A stretch of 64,000 nt of DNA, taken from contig CM060731.1 of NCBI GenBank assembly GCA_030704615.1, positions 39,308,001 to 39,372,000 of the forward strand, in the 5' to 3' direction. A model generated the notes under the pieces. That model had not been told where the DNA came from. It searched no databases and saw nothing but the letters and a program-made list of their open reading frames with translations. A program made the translations under genes and the position numbers. Within the stretch, counting starts at the first letter, position 1. Each line of letters begins with the position of its first letter. The stretch is from Takakia lepidozioides. Lineage: Eukaryota > Plantae > Bryophyta. This document shows positions 12,771 through 25,037 of this stretch, piece after piece.

Positions 12771-14329
12771 TTTATTTAACGCAGCTCCAATATCTCCAAG
12801 CTTTGGGTGTATGCACTTCATCATTCCGCTTCAGTGACTGATATACCACCAAGATAATTATATAATATTTTAAAATATATAACTATAAATTACACCTCCA
12901 ATGTACAATGTCTAGCCTAATCTCTTAAACTTTGCCATGACATTGACATTTATTGCACCTCTTTTAGTGCTTTTATGGTTGCATTTAACATCATATTCAT
13001 TACATTAAAAATTTAGTATCACATATATTGGTAACTAGTGGAGGTACATCTTCAACATTCGGGTGTTTTCTGGTGTAGGTACATCAGGATCGCCACTCTT
13101 TTCAGCACTTATGCGTGGTCTCCTCTTGAGGGAGGAACCAATAAAAACTATGTGGACGTATACTCTATAGTTTTTCAGTTTGTTTGTAATACTTAGAATT
13201 CTTGTATTATCAGGTACGCAATAAATATTTTCAATTAAAAAATCACAAAGATGTGACAGATCTCTATTATATAACAGCCTTATTAAATGCAGATAGAATA
13301 TCATAATCCAGTGTTCATTCTTACATGTACCTTCTATTATTATATTGATCATTTATGTGTACGAAGTCTTCTAAGTAGAATATCTTAATTGTAGTGCAAT
13401 AGGTTATTTTTAATTAAAAATAACATGGATGTGAGAGATCAAATTTCTTAAAATGAATAATAATATCATTTTAAAATGCAGATAAGATTTCATAATTCAT
13501 TATTCATTCTTACCTCCTAAATTTATTATATAGATCATTTATGAGTATCCCATGAATTCAAGACTATTATGAGTAACCTATGCATAGGCTGTACGATTTA
13601 TAGATGATATATAGATATATACTTAATATATATGTCTGTACTTAAATAAACAATGAACAAATGTATTTCAAAGTTCAATCGATAACATGCCACTTATAAA
13701 TGTTTGAAATATTGTATTCGTAAAACTTAGAATGTTTGTATTAGTGGGCTTCAACACCCACATAAAACCTCTCCTCCTGGTAAGGCATATTTGGTGGTAC
13801 TATGTCTCCAGGCATTCTTAGGCTGGACTTTACCATCAGAGCTTTAAGATTAGAAATGCAATACAATGTTTTTAATTAAAAATCACAAGGTGTGACAGAT
13901 CAAATATAAAATATAATATAGCATCATTTTAAATACATACAACACTTCACAATTTCAATATATAAACTCCTATTAGCATAGGTTTCAGATTTGTAGACGG
14001 TGTATACATCTATAATTAATATATTTAAGTATTGATATAAACAATCAACATCACGAAAAAAAATAAAAAATTGCAAATGACAACATGCCTCTCGGCCTTG
14101 CTTGGACTCTTATACCTAACGGTTTCTCTATGGATACAAAACTAGCATCTTCCTCCCTCTGCTGCTGTCATCATTTTTCAAATGATCATACGGCTACGAT
14201 TACCTTGATGCTCCACCCTTCACAATATATCTCCCTCTGTAAAATCCACGACCTTACCAATGACCCAAAAGTGGTGATCACGTCTACCATCAAACATTAA
14301 ATTTCTAGACAACACATCTCCAGCTTCGG

Positions 14330-14644
14330 GTATTTTATGCAACTCGGCTAACTTAAGAACTATAGCTATATATGTAGCTACATTTATGAAAAACGGCTCA
14401 CCTATATCCTAATTCTTAATGCTTATATACCCTAATTAGATATAGCTTAACATATACCCTTCAAAAAATAGGGTATACCTATTGGACGTCTTGATGCAGG
14501 GTAAATATAAGGGTACGGGTATATCATAAAGATTTATCCTAATATAAGGGCATACATGTAAGTACTATACTTGCCACACCATGGTATATATACTTGATAT
14601 ACCCTCCGGGTATATCAGGGGAATCAATATACCCGCCCAACACT
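14330..14644. mobile_element. Truncated hAT-type MITE end
   Basis: Ends CCGCCCAACACTA, like the TIR at 37784-37798, with GGGTAT/ATACCC subterminal motifs; no partner TIR seen. Confidence 0.4.
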
Positions 14645-15155
14645 AGTCGCATCGTCCTTTAGGGGTTAAGCTAGAATAAACATTAACGATCTCAAAAATC
14701 AAGAAATGCTATGAAATACGAAACATGAAATATGAGGTGTATAATTTTTTCAAGAAGATTATTATCTTAAACGTATTTTGAATCAGTGAGAATCAATTAA
14801 TTTATATTCCCCCTATCATCACAATTAATTAAACATATTGTTACTTCTGAAATTGTAACTTTCAATATTCTTAAAATCATGTACGCAAAAGAAACAAATG
14901 AGTTATAGTGACGGTTTTGGTAATGTAAAAGTTGAGTTGACCAATTTGAAGTCATATGGTTAAACTCCACAAAGAAAAAACACACAATATTTACAATATC
15001 AACTGCTTTGCTTACAATTTCATGACTAATTTTGTTTTCCGGTTCGATTAGACTAAGTAAGAGTAGAAGTTTGTTGATCGAGTTATCAAGTGATTAATAA
15101 AGAATATATAAACAGTCACAATTTCACAATGACTAGTCCTTCAGGAGTTGATGTA

Positions 15156-15440
15156 CCTTTTGGTGGTAGAGAGAGTGGGGACGTACTGAACTAGATTGAG
15201 AGAATACAAATGGCACGAAATGTACATGATATGAATGCTGACAAAATGTTCAAAATCGCCCGCCTTAACTTGAAAAGAAAGGCCGACGATTGGTATTGGT
15301 AGCAAAATCCGAAGCTTGCCACTTGGCCTCAATTTCAAGTAGCGATCACAACAAAATTTGATCATGTCGATCCAGTTGAACTAAAGATGAGACTAGATGA
15401 GATCAAGCAAGAAGGAAAACAAAGAGTTCAAGCTATGGAC
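15156..15440 (+). pseudogene. Ty3/gypsy gag remnant
   Basis: Manual translation PFGGRESGDVLN*IERIQMA...MFKIARLNLKRKADDWY...LKMRLDEIKQEGKQRVQ, with stops. Confidence 0.65.
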
Positions 15441-18400
15441 TTATGGACGAGAGCCCAAGTGAAAGCCGCATAGAGTACCATTACTTGAATCGATAGAGCA
15501 TGAAAGGTTGATCCCATCTTACCATTTCATCATTTATGTATGTGATTCATTTATTTTCCAAGCAAAGCTTGAAGTTGAAAATCTGATTTAGGCTCTTCAA
15601 AAGAGGAGTGTGCATTGTGGAATCCCACTATTTCATGTCTAGAATTGACAAGGGGAAGAACCCCATAGCCTATTGGAAAGGGTACCAATAGAGGCTTGTA
15701 TTTGAATTGTTTGAAGAAGGAATCTTTGTGTTTTTGGTTACTAATTTGGAGTATATCCGGCGCTGGAAAAGGAAGGCCAGCAAGCTGGATCTATGATATA
15801 AGGCCACTATGTGCTAATTTCCCCCCCTCCCCACTAGCAAGCCATAGAGGCCTAGGAGGGTGGGGGTTTTTTTTTTTTTTTTTTTTTTTTTTTGGGGGGG
15901 TTTGGGTGGACTGAATTTGCTTGACAGCAGCTGCCCCAAAGTCGCGAGCAGCCTGTGAGGAGCCCGGGTGCTGCGCCTAGAGAGTAGGCACTCGATTACT
16001 TAGCGTGGAGGCAGCCCTGGCCCAACCACGACGTATGGGAAGTGGGGCCCCATTGCTGACCGTAAGTCGTATTGAAATCAAGTACATTAGCCGCGTGGCT
16101 CAGACGTGAGGCCCTGAAGCGTGCGAGCAGGGTACGGGTCTTTACCTGCGGGATAACCAAAAGCTGAGACGGACCGGCGGACGCCGGCGTTAACCGCAAC
16201 GGTCCGTGGCTTGGACCGCTACGCGTGGATCTGCGCCGTGCCACAGACAATAAAACAAAAGACTTGGAATGCAGTTACTGAGTAGATTGTAGAATATCGT
16301 AAGACTTAGAAAAGCAAACTTGCCCTGTGAAGAGGAGTACGTGACTTCTCTTTGTCGGTAGGACTTAGATTTTGATCATAGCTATCATGTACGACCACGG
16401 ACCCCTTGCACTAACCGCAGTCGGGTAGGCGGTTTAGTGAGCCCAACCTACACTGCAACTTACCACGACCCCCCTAGCTAATATGCCGTCACCCTAACTG
16501 CGCGCGCTCAGGGCTCGTCAATGTCTCTACTATCAAAAGGAGCTTGGTGCCCGCCCCCCCCCCTCAATGGCATCCGCAAGCAAGGCCTCTGGCAAGAAGT
16601 AGCTGACATTCTTAGTGAACTTGGGCATAACCCTGGGTAACTACGTTCATCACAGGAACCCCCATTAGGGCTGATCAACCTTGGGGTCACTTGCTGTATT
16701 GCCTATATATGACCAGGTAGTCATCATAATTAACTAATCAAACATAATATTATCACTTCTAAAATCATAATTTTCAATGTATTTTAAAACCATGTATACA
16801 AAAGAAACATTAGAGTACAAATGAGTTATAACATTTTGAGGTAATGTAAAAGTTTAGTTGACCAATTTGAAGTCGTTAGGTTAAACTCCACGAAGAAAAA
16901 ACACACAAGATCTACTAGTGGCATGTTGTCATTTGTAATACTGTTTTTTTTTGTGATGTTGATTGTTTATGTAAGTACTTAAATATATTGATTATAAATG
17001 TATACACCGTCTACAAATCTGACAACCTATGCTAATATGAGGTTATATATAAGGTCTTCTTGGTTATATGATATACTTATAAATGACCTACATAATGTTG
17101 GGGGGTACATGTACATTGTAAAATTATCTCCGTGCGCCGCTACACTCTTTCTCCCGAATTTGAAAGGGACATTAACTGGAAGCATCTGAAGCCCCCCTTG
17201 ACGGCTTCCAAGCTACACTACAGATAGATCGCAATCTCCATCGTGGAGAAGGTCAATGGACTATTTACTCTCATTGCCACTCCTCCCCTGCCCTTCTAGA
17301 CAGTCTTAGAAAGTCCAACAAGACACTCGTCTCTCCTAAGCTTCGTTTCAGGTCTAGGGCAGTGTGCCCGGTTTTTTGGTCCCCTGGATTAGCCCGCACA
17401 GTGGCTGTTTGGTTCGTAGAAACAATCTTTGCTCTTTTTGCATTTACTGTAGAGTCAGATAAGAGTTATTTTCGTATCTTGGACTTTATCTCTGTTCGGA
17501 GAGGCTGGCTCGAACTACACTGATCACAGTGGGTGTACCTCATGGTGTAACGGGGTTTTAATTTTTTTCCCCATCAAATATTTTATAATAAATATATCAG
17601 GGATATAACCCCCTGTTCCTTTATAAATAAATAAATACATAATTAATTAAAGTCTTGTATGTATTTATAAGTGATGCTACATAATAATTTGTATTTGATC
17701 TGTCACATCATTGTGATTTTTAATTGAAAACATTCTTTTGCATTTCTAATAATACAAAACATTTTAAGTTTTACTAATACAACATTTCAAACATCTATAA
17801 ATGGCAGGTTATTGTATGAACTTTGAAATACGTTTGTTCATTGTTTATTTAAGTATAAAAATACATTAATCATATATCTATACATCATCTATAAATCGTA
17901 CAGCCTATGCATAGGTTACTCATAATAGTCTTGAATTCATGGGAAACACATAAATTATCTATGTAATAAATTTAGGAGGTGCATGGACATCTCAACTCTA
18001 CAAAACAAAACAAAACAAAACAAAACAAACATCTTGCTTCATATAATGATTGGACACTTGGGCCAAAGGCACAGGCTACCCTAGAGGTCGCACTTGGGCC
18101 TCGACATAGAAGACGCACTTGGATACATAAGGATTGCACTTGGACTTAGATGACAAGTTGGACACTTGGGCCAACGGCACAAGCTACCCTAGTATCATTT
18201 TAAAATGCAGATAAGATTTCATAATTCAATGGGGTCCGAACCCTGGTGCTGCTGGTGTCCAAGTGCATCAATATATGAAGCAAGCCATATCTAATCATTT
18301 TTTTCCCGCAGAGCCTACGACTAGATTTGAACCGGAGACCTTGTCCTTGATATCTCTCCTGTCAAGGCTCCAACCACTGTCCCAGGAATGCCCACTTTGC

Positions 18401-18769
18401 AATTTTTTGTGAATTTCTAGCGACCCAAAGTACTTGAAATTCCACATCTCCTACACCTCAGGTCCAAAAATCATGGGACCAAGCCCATGCACCCCCTCCT
18501 CGTCGAGGGCTTTCCAATGGTACCAAGCACCAGGGCTCGGGCCCCGCAGTTTGGGACATCTCAACTCTACATAACAAAACAAACAAAACAAACGTCTCGC
18601 TTTATATATTTAAAAATATTATTATTCATTTTTAAAATTTTGATCTCTCACATCCATGTGAGTTTTAATTAAAATAACTTATTACACTACAATAAAAAAA
18701 TTCTTCTTATGAGACTAATCAATATAATAATAGAAGGTACACGTAAGAATGAACCAATGTTGTACTGGT

Positions 18770-19345
18770 ATGACTTTAGCGAAAGAAGAAGGTTTTGTCT
18801 GGAACAAAAAGGGCCTCATTTCACACCAGGCAGCCCATATGGTTTGCCAGGCCAAGGAGCCTATCCCAGGATTTGCATTGTCATTGCCACCTTGAACTGT
18901 CCATCTCAGAGATTGGCCACATGAAGTTGGTCTTAGGGATGGCTGTAGTCAAGTGGTGCCTGACCAGCTTACTCCAAGGGCTTGAAAGATGTGTGAAGCC
19001 ATGAGGAACCCATTTAGCAAGTAACGCAGTGATCTGAGCTTGAGGATCAATGACTCCAAGCCCTCAATACTTCTTTTTCTGGCAAATTTGTCCTAATTGA
19101 AATTTCTAATGACGGATTTTATTTTCCTGATATTGGTAGCACCGGGGGACCATACGGATGAGTACCCAAAACAGGATGAAGCAAAGAGAACTTGATTGGC
19201 CACCAACGCTTTGCCCACCACAATTAGATGCAACGAGCTCCAATATGATAACTTTCTTTTCAGCTTTGTAAGAACAACAACAAAGCGACTGTCTCCACTT
19301 AGGCCAATCCCAACCTGATGCCCCAAGGTTTCATGCGCTTTAACT
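18770..19345 (-). pseudogene. L1-like LINE ORF2 remnant (post-RT region)
   Basis: KLSYWSSLHL..GKALVANQVL..IRNF and GLGVIDP..ALLAKW. Confidence 0.65.
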
Positions 19346-19379
19346 GCTAAATGCGCGGAAAAAAAAAAAAAAAAAAAAA

Positions 19380-19700
19380 CAGAAGTGATCATCACATCCA
19401 AAATAAAAAGCACCAGAAGTGATGATCGGCACCGATCATCACATCTACCCAAATGCCAAAAATAAAAAACTATAAGTCATTATCACATCCAAAATAAAAA
19501 ACACCAGAAGTGATGATCGGCGCCGATCATCACATCCACCCAAAAGCCAAATGTAAATGCAAATGCGCAAAAATAAAATAAAATAACAAAAGTGTTGATC
19601 ATCACATACCTAAAAATGCCAAATGTCAAATGCAAGGGGAAAAAAAAAACCTAGAAATCAGAGAAGAAGTGATGATTGTCCACGATCATCACTCCATCTA
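19380..19700. repeat. Cluster of GTGATGAT..ATCATCAC palindromes
   Basis: 19419-19442 (11-bp stem), 19510-19533 (perfect 24-bp palindrome), 19669-19692, plus partial copies. Confidence 0.85.
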
Positions 19701-19769
19701 CCCAAATATGAAGGGAAAAAAAACTATCCTCGGAAATAGAAACAAAATCTTTGTAGAATGAATTTTCCT

Positions 19770-21117
19770 TCTAGATGTTGCATGTCTCCACGGATATAGG
19801 TGTGCACCTACGGTATTAGGCTCAGCATCTTCCACGATTCCATCCGTGGCTGGGCTGGGTTGTGCGCCATGTGGCGTGAGCGTAGGCTCACACGCTCACG
19901 TGAAGACATCCTCCTGCCAAGAAAGATAATTTTTACTTCACACGTGAATGCAGGCACGCAAAGAACATGGTCATATATTTCTCCTGTAGCAGAGAGACTG
20001 TCCTCGAGCAAATGATGGCGAATGGAGTGGTTGGTGAGAAAAAAAGAAAGCTCGTGCCACAGTTTTCCACAATCTTCAGCAAGGTAGACCCATGACTGAG
20101 TATGAATCTATGCGAGGTCTTTTTCAGTACTTGCATGTTCCTCGGAATCCAAAGAAACATTGGTCTGATATCTCTGGGTGGAGCATGGCTGATCACATGC
20201 ATGCTCAGATATTGCAAGCTACTAGGGAGGTTGTGTCTGGGTATCTATGTTAAGTCCAGCTAGACGGGTCATGGCTGAATATTGAACTTTTCTGGTGAAA
20301 ATGACGATTGATAGTCCTACCAACCAGCAAGCCAAGGTTTACTATGAGCACATGTGTGACTTGCAGATCTTGCTTGATTTGGCTTGTGTTTTGCCTTTGC
20401 TGGAGTCAGTCCATGCTCTGATCAAATTTGCACAAATGAAAGATATTTTTGTGTGTGATAGTTTTCATGCTTTGTAATAGACAAATGGTGACTGATGGGG
20501 TGGTTCGTGGGACTTCAGGGGCTGCAGAGGCTTTGGTTCGAGAGCTGGAGACCCGTTTTCCAGCCCCTGGTATCATGGATGCACTTGGGATTGTCTACCC
20601 ACAATATTGGCTTCAGCCAAATTGTGTTGAAACCTTTAGTAGGCACCTAAATGTCATCAAATGTGCTTATTGTTATCCCAAAACAATAGGGGAGGGGGAG
20701 AAGAAGATAGATGTCCATGAGGTGCTTTGCTCCACATCTTTGGACTCCCAAAAAGACATGTTCAAGCTCACAATGAAGAGCTATGCAACTGCAGCCATGG
20801 CCCCACCTTTTGATACCAATCCCTTGACACGTATGTGACGAACCGTGATTGCCTCGAGGGTCTTGGTGAACAGTTGTCCAGAGTATATTAAATTGGCATA
20901 GATTGCAATGGTGCGGGTATTGGGAAGCGTTGAACACGAGCGATGCTTCAGTACCCTTGCTTTCATGAAATCCAAGCTGCGGAACAGACTCACAACCCAC
21001 TTGCCATTAGTTGTGAGAATGTTTGCACAACGGTTCTACACGCTGGAAACCTTTCCCTATGCTGAATGCATTGACCAGTGGAAAGCAGCTCGTGTGCGTT
21101 ATAATTTTTATGCCTGA
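19770..21117 (+). pseudogene. hAT-family (ZNF862-like) transposase remnant
   Basis: RPMTEYE...KKHWSD.SGW, LPLLESVHALIKFAQ, ELETRFP, dimerisation motif GSVEHERCFSTLAFMKSKLRNRL; internally deleted, with stops. Confidence 0.8.
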
Positions 21118-22607
21118 TTTTTGTGGTTCATATTATGGTATAGGGCAGACAACTTGCAGGAATTTTTCCAGTTTCGTGGTGCATATTTCAGCGACAAGCC
21201 TCTCAGTGAGGCTACATAATAACCCTTGGAATGAACTCCAGTTCTGAGAACCTCTTTGTTTCCACGATCTTGGCAAGTTCTGTGTATTTTATTGTATTTT
21301 GGAGCCTTACTACTTAGCTGAATTGTCTTGTTGTTGTGTGGTGTCTTTTGTGTATGTGTGTGCAGATCACTCGTGTTGCAATGGGCAGTTTTAGGGGTTC
21401 AATTCCCCCATGAGTGATTGTCCCTTCATGTGGTCTTGGATGTGGTGTGCTTTTGCATGTTGGACTTGAATGAGGTGTTTATGGTCTGGACTTTGTCCTA
21501 CAGTTCATGGTTGAATCTGCACCAAGCCCTTTGTTTCAGTTTTGCAAGCTTGCGATTTCGCCCAAAATTGTATATACCATTACTGGTAGTCGCCATTTCA
21601 CTGCCCAAAAAATATACTTTCGCCAAAGTAACCACGTCCAGAATGTAAAGGAAGCCAAAACCTTTCTCCCACATTGTAGAACTAATCGCCTGCTATAACA
21701 ACTACACATTTTCAAGCGTTGCCTCCCTGCGACATGCTTCTTCTCAAATGAGCCACCCCATTTACACTCCCATAGCACTGACGTCGCCACATTGGCACCA
21801 TCCGCCAGTCCTAAGGAGCCTTGGTGGCTACTTCTCAAAACCAAAAAAAAAACACTGATGTAGATGTCTTGCAAATCTGCACATTGAATATGAGGATATC
21901 TCTGATCTTAATGTGATGGACAATTAGATGGAGTGATCGTGATGATTAGGGATGATGATCAATATGATGACATTGCGGAGTCCATGCAGTGGCCGGCTTT
22001 GGAAGTTACATGAAGCTTTTGTACGTAAATTGGGATTTGTACGAATTGGGATTGTTCCGTCCGCATATGTGTATATTGATTTTTGTTCAATGAATTTTCT
22101 TCTTATTCCAAACGACATGAGAAAGGTTTGAAATTTTTTGCTCAAATTTTGAAGAATCAGGTACTTTCGTACGGGAATCGGGCCAAAATTTGACAAATTC
22201 CCAAAATGTGTAAGACACTTTGAATTTGAGTTAATTATTGCATAATCGGCTATACGGGTACGATAGTCTTCATCGAATCTATTTACGGTCATCTAATATT
22301 TTCTTGCTCCACCATTGAAGATTTAATGCTCACCACAGCTAGTTGATGAACATGAGATTTTTAAAACAAAAAAAATGATACAAAATATTCTCCATTGTGT
22401 TGGAAAGTGATCGAACCTTACATTAATCTAATATAAAATCAGTGTAGTGGCATATCGCGTCGTAATGGAATACATAATACAACATCAAAGATTGGATCTT
22501 GGGCAGAAAATTCACCCTTGATTTCTGATAGCGTAATAAAAATACAAGTGGCATAGAACTCATCGGTCATTATACCAGCTCGTATACCAGCCATATGATA
22601 CTGCTAA

Positions 22608-22941
22608 GAGCATCTCCACCGGGGTTCCTAAATGCCCCGACAATGGCAAATGAGCCCTCGGCCCTGGTATCCGCACCCCCGAGGCCCGTACTTTCGTGCA
22701 GGATACAGGCCCTCTAGGCCCGGTCGGTACGTGCTGGAGTGACTAAAAAACTCCACTACCTGCATTTATGGCGTGAGGGTAAGGCGGCGTGTGTCAAGTG
22801 GTCCCTCCGGAGCAAGGCATGTCAGCCAAAAAGACATGTGCAAGGTAGTTTGATGGGGTTGCCGCTGGGGGAGGGGAGTGTTGGAGGCCGCAGGAGGTTA
22901 CTGTTGCAGGGTTGTTTGGTGTACCCTCGGTGGAGATGCTC
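22608..22941. mobile_element. PIF/Harbinger (Tourist-like) MITE
   Basis: 14-bp TIR GAGCATCTCCACCG; TAA TSD (22605-22607, 22942-22944); right end duplicated in tandem with a 52-bp period. Confidence 0.85.
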
Positions 22942-23852
22942 TAAGAAGGTTACAGTTGCAGGGTTGTTTGGTGTACCCTCGGTGGAGATGCTCTAAGAAG
23001 GTTACAATGAAGACCAATCCACCTATCCACCTCTACACTGCAACTTCAAGAAATAGGTCATGTACAGCCGGACCTAAAACATAGTTGGATCCCATGCCAA
23101 TGGGCCCTTGCTGTTGCCCTGGTGCGTGCCCTGCCCACCTTGCCGCAATTAATCAACCCCCTTTCTCCTCTTGCACTTCCTCGATCTTGCCTCTTATGCG
23201 CTCCCTACTGCACCCTCCATCACTTCCAAGCTCCTCTTTTGCTATAGCTTGCCAAAATGACCTAGCCACATCTCTAGAACCTCCTCCAATCTAGAACCTT
23301 CCCTAGTCAATTTTGGCATGTATTCCATATGGTCCCAACATGCAATTGCCCCTTTCACATGCCCCTTTCACATGGCATGCAGTAGCCATGTGGGCCCGCA
23401 TGCTATTGCCACCTTTCTTCGGACAGCTTGTTAGATGTCCAGTTTTCTTTGCATAATTTTTTTGAACGATCCAAGTACATATTTGGTTTGGGCAAATTGT
23501 GCAAAATGCCACCGTTGAAAGTGGGGCCCATTTTTGGGCCTTTTCAGTTAAAAATACAAATTCTACCGTATATTTATGTAAGTATTTGAGTGCCTGAATC
23601 TGCTCCCACTTCATCCACACAAGTTCCAGCGCCATGCCAAGGAAAACAATTTGGGAAAAAAAAACCCTCGTGCTCAAACTTGGTCAAACAATGTGGTAAC
23701 CAACGGCAGCCTGCCTGCATGGGAGATGTCACAAACACCGAGCGGTAAGCTATACATGGATAAGCAAGACAAAAACGCGACTCCCCTGCGGCTCCAGCCC
23801 AAATCTTTCAACCTTAAGTCAGATCTGGGGCAATCCCACCAGACACGCGTGT

Positions 23853-24034
23853 GTGTCAACTGCCATACATGAGCATATGTGAAGGATACAAAAAAGTTAT
23901 TAAGGGAAAAACAAAAGCGAATGCCCAAAACAGGCTCAGAGGGGTGTCAACTGCCATACATGAGCATATGTGAAGGATACAAAAAAGTTATTAAGGGAAA
24001 AACAAAAGCGAATGCCCAAAACAGGCTCAGAGGG
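23853..24034. repeat. Perfect 2 x 91-bp tandem duplication
   Basis: GTGTCAACTGCC...GGCTCAGAGGG at 23853-23943 and 23944-24034. Confidence 0.9.
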
Positions 24035-24099
24035 CGCATCCTAATTTGATTGATTGCTGGGTGCAGGATGGCAGATGGGTAAATGGGTAAAAGCTTGAA

Positions 24100-24280
24100 A
24101 ATATATATATATATGATGTCTCCCGAAGGAGCGTAACTTATGGTGTCTCTTCCACCACAGGGGCTACTACCTTCCAGCTGAAAGGTGTGGACACCTACCT
24201 TTCATGACCCACCAGACTGTGGTTTGAACCCTCAACCACATCCAACGTTGTATGGGTCCATTACCACTGGGCTACATGCT
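24100..24280 (-). mobile_element. Putative tRNA-derived SINE
   Basis: A-box TAGCCCAGTGG (24264-24274), B-box GGTTCAAACC (24221-24230), (TA)n tail near 24101-24114; no TSD found. Confidence 0.45.
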
Positions 24281-25037
24281 GGTAGTCGCTCAAATGGATA
24301 CTATGGACGGCATTATGATGGAAAAACACAGGAGAGAGAAGGTGAATACAGAAGAATTCAGAGAAGGAGCGTGTAGAGCAACAACATTTCCTGCAGTGAT
24401 TAAGACAGTTTATATGTCAAACGGCTCGCACCTTACATACAGAGATGACGGCAATCTCTGACGGCAAGCTCTCTTGCACACAGTGTAGCACTCCCGAATT
24501 TCCATCAGAAGAACCAGGAATTGCAGGCAGCACAATGGTCGGTAGCTGGGAAACAAGAGCGCGTGTACCGGCCTGTTTAGGGTATAGGTTAGCTGAAGAC
24601 CTCACACACCATCTGCGTCATATCCCAAGGCAAGCATGCCTCTGACAGGGACTCATTGCACTGCATCTTTATCCGACGACACCAACATGATCCACCACCC
24701 CACACAGGTGAGCTCAACAATTCTCAGGCGAGTTGTGGAAAATTCCTGCAAACCATTTTGCGATGTTTTGATTTGTATACATGTCTTCGTAATGTACAAA
24801 TGGTCAGCAGGCAGGCTGATTCGTGTAGCAGTAGATTGCCGCCGCGTCTGAATGTTGAAAATGAACAATCTAGGTGGCACGGGTCTCACCGCCCTCTACC
24901 CCAAAGGACAGCAGAATGGCTTAGGGAGAGAGGTCCTACAGAGAAGATTTTGTAGCATGAGAGATACCAACGGCTACGGTACGGAATGCTCTTGCTGAGT
25001 TAAAACAATGCTAGTTAGGGAGAAGGGATTGCGAGAT

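Larger units (their letters stand above)
13310..18755. repeat. Interrupted AT-rich inverted duplication (arms about 13310-14090 and 16915-18755)
   Basis: 13511-13610 is the reverse complement of about 17881-17980; 13970-14090 of 16920-17040; 13310-13460 of 18620-18755. Confidence 0.7.

Noticed and set aside
15954-16653. Solo LTR (TGTGAGG...TCACA)
   Set aside because: Flanks CAGCC and GGAAC do not form a TSD; no second copy in the window.
18310-18385. tRNA gene (similar boxes also near 59810-59860)
   Set aside because: Only A/B-box-like motifs; I could not build a cloverleaf; probably repeat-embedded relics.
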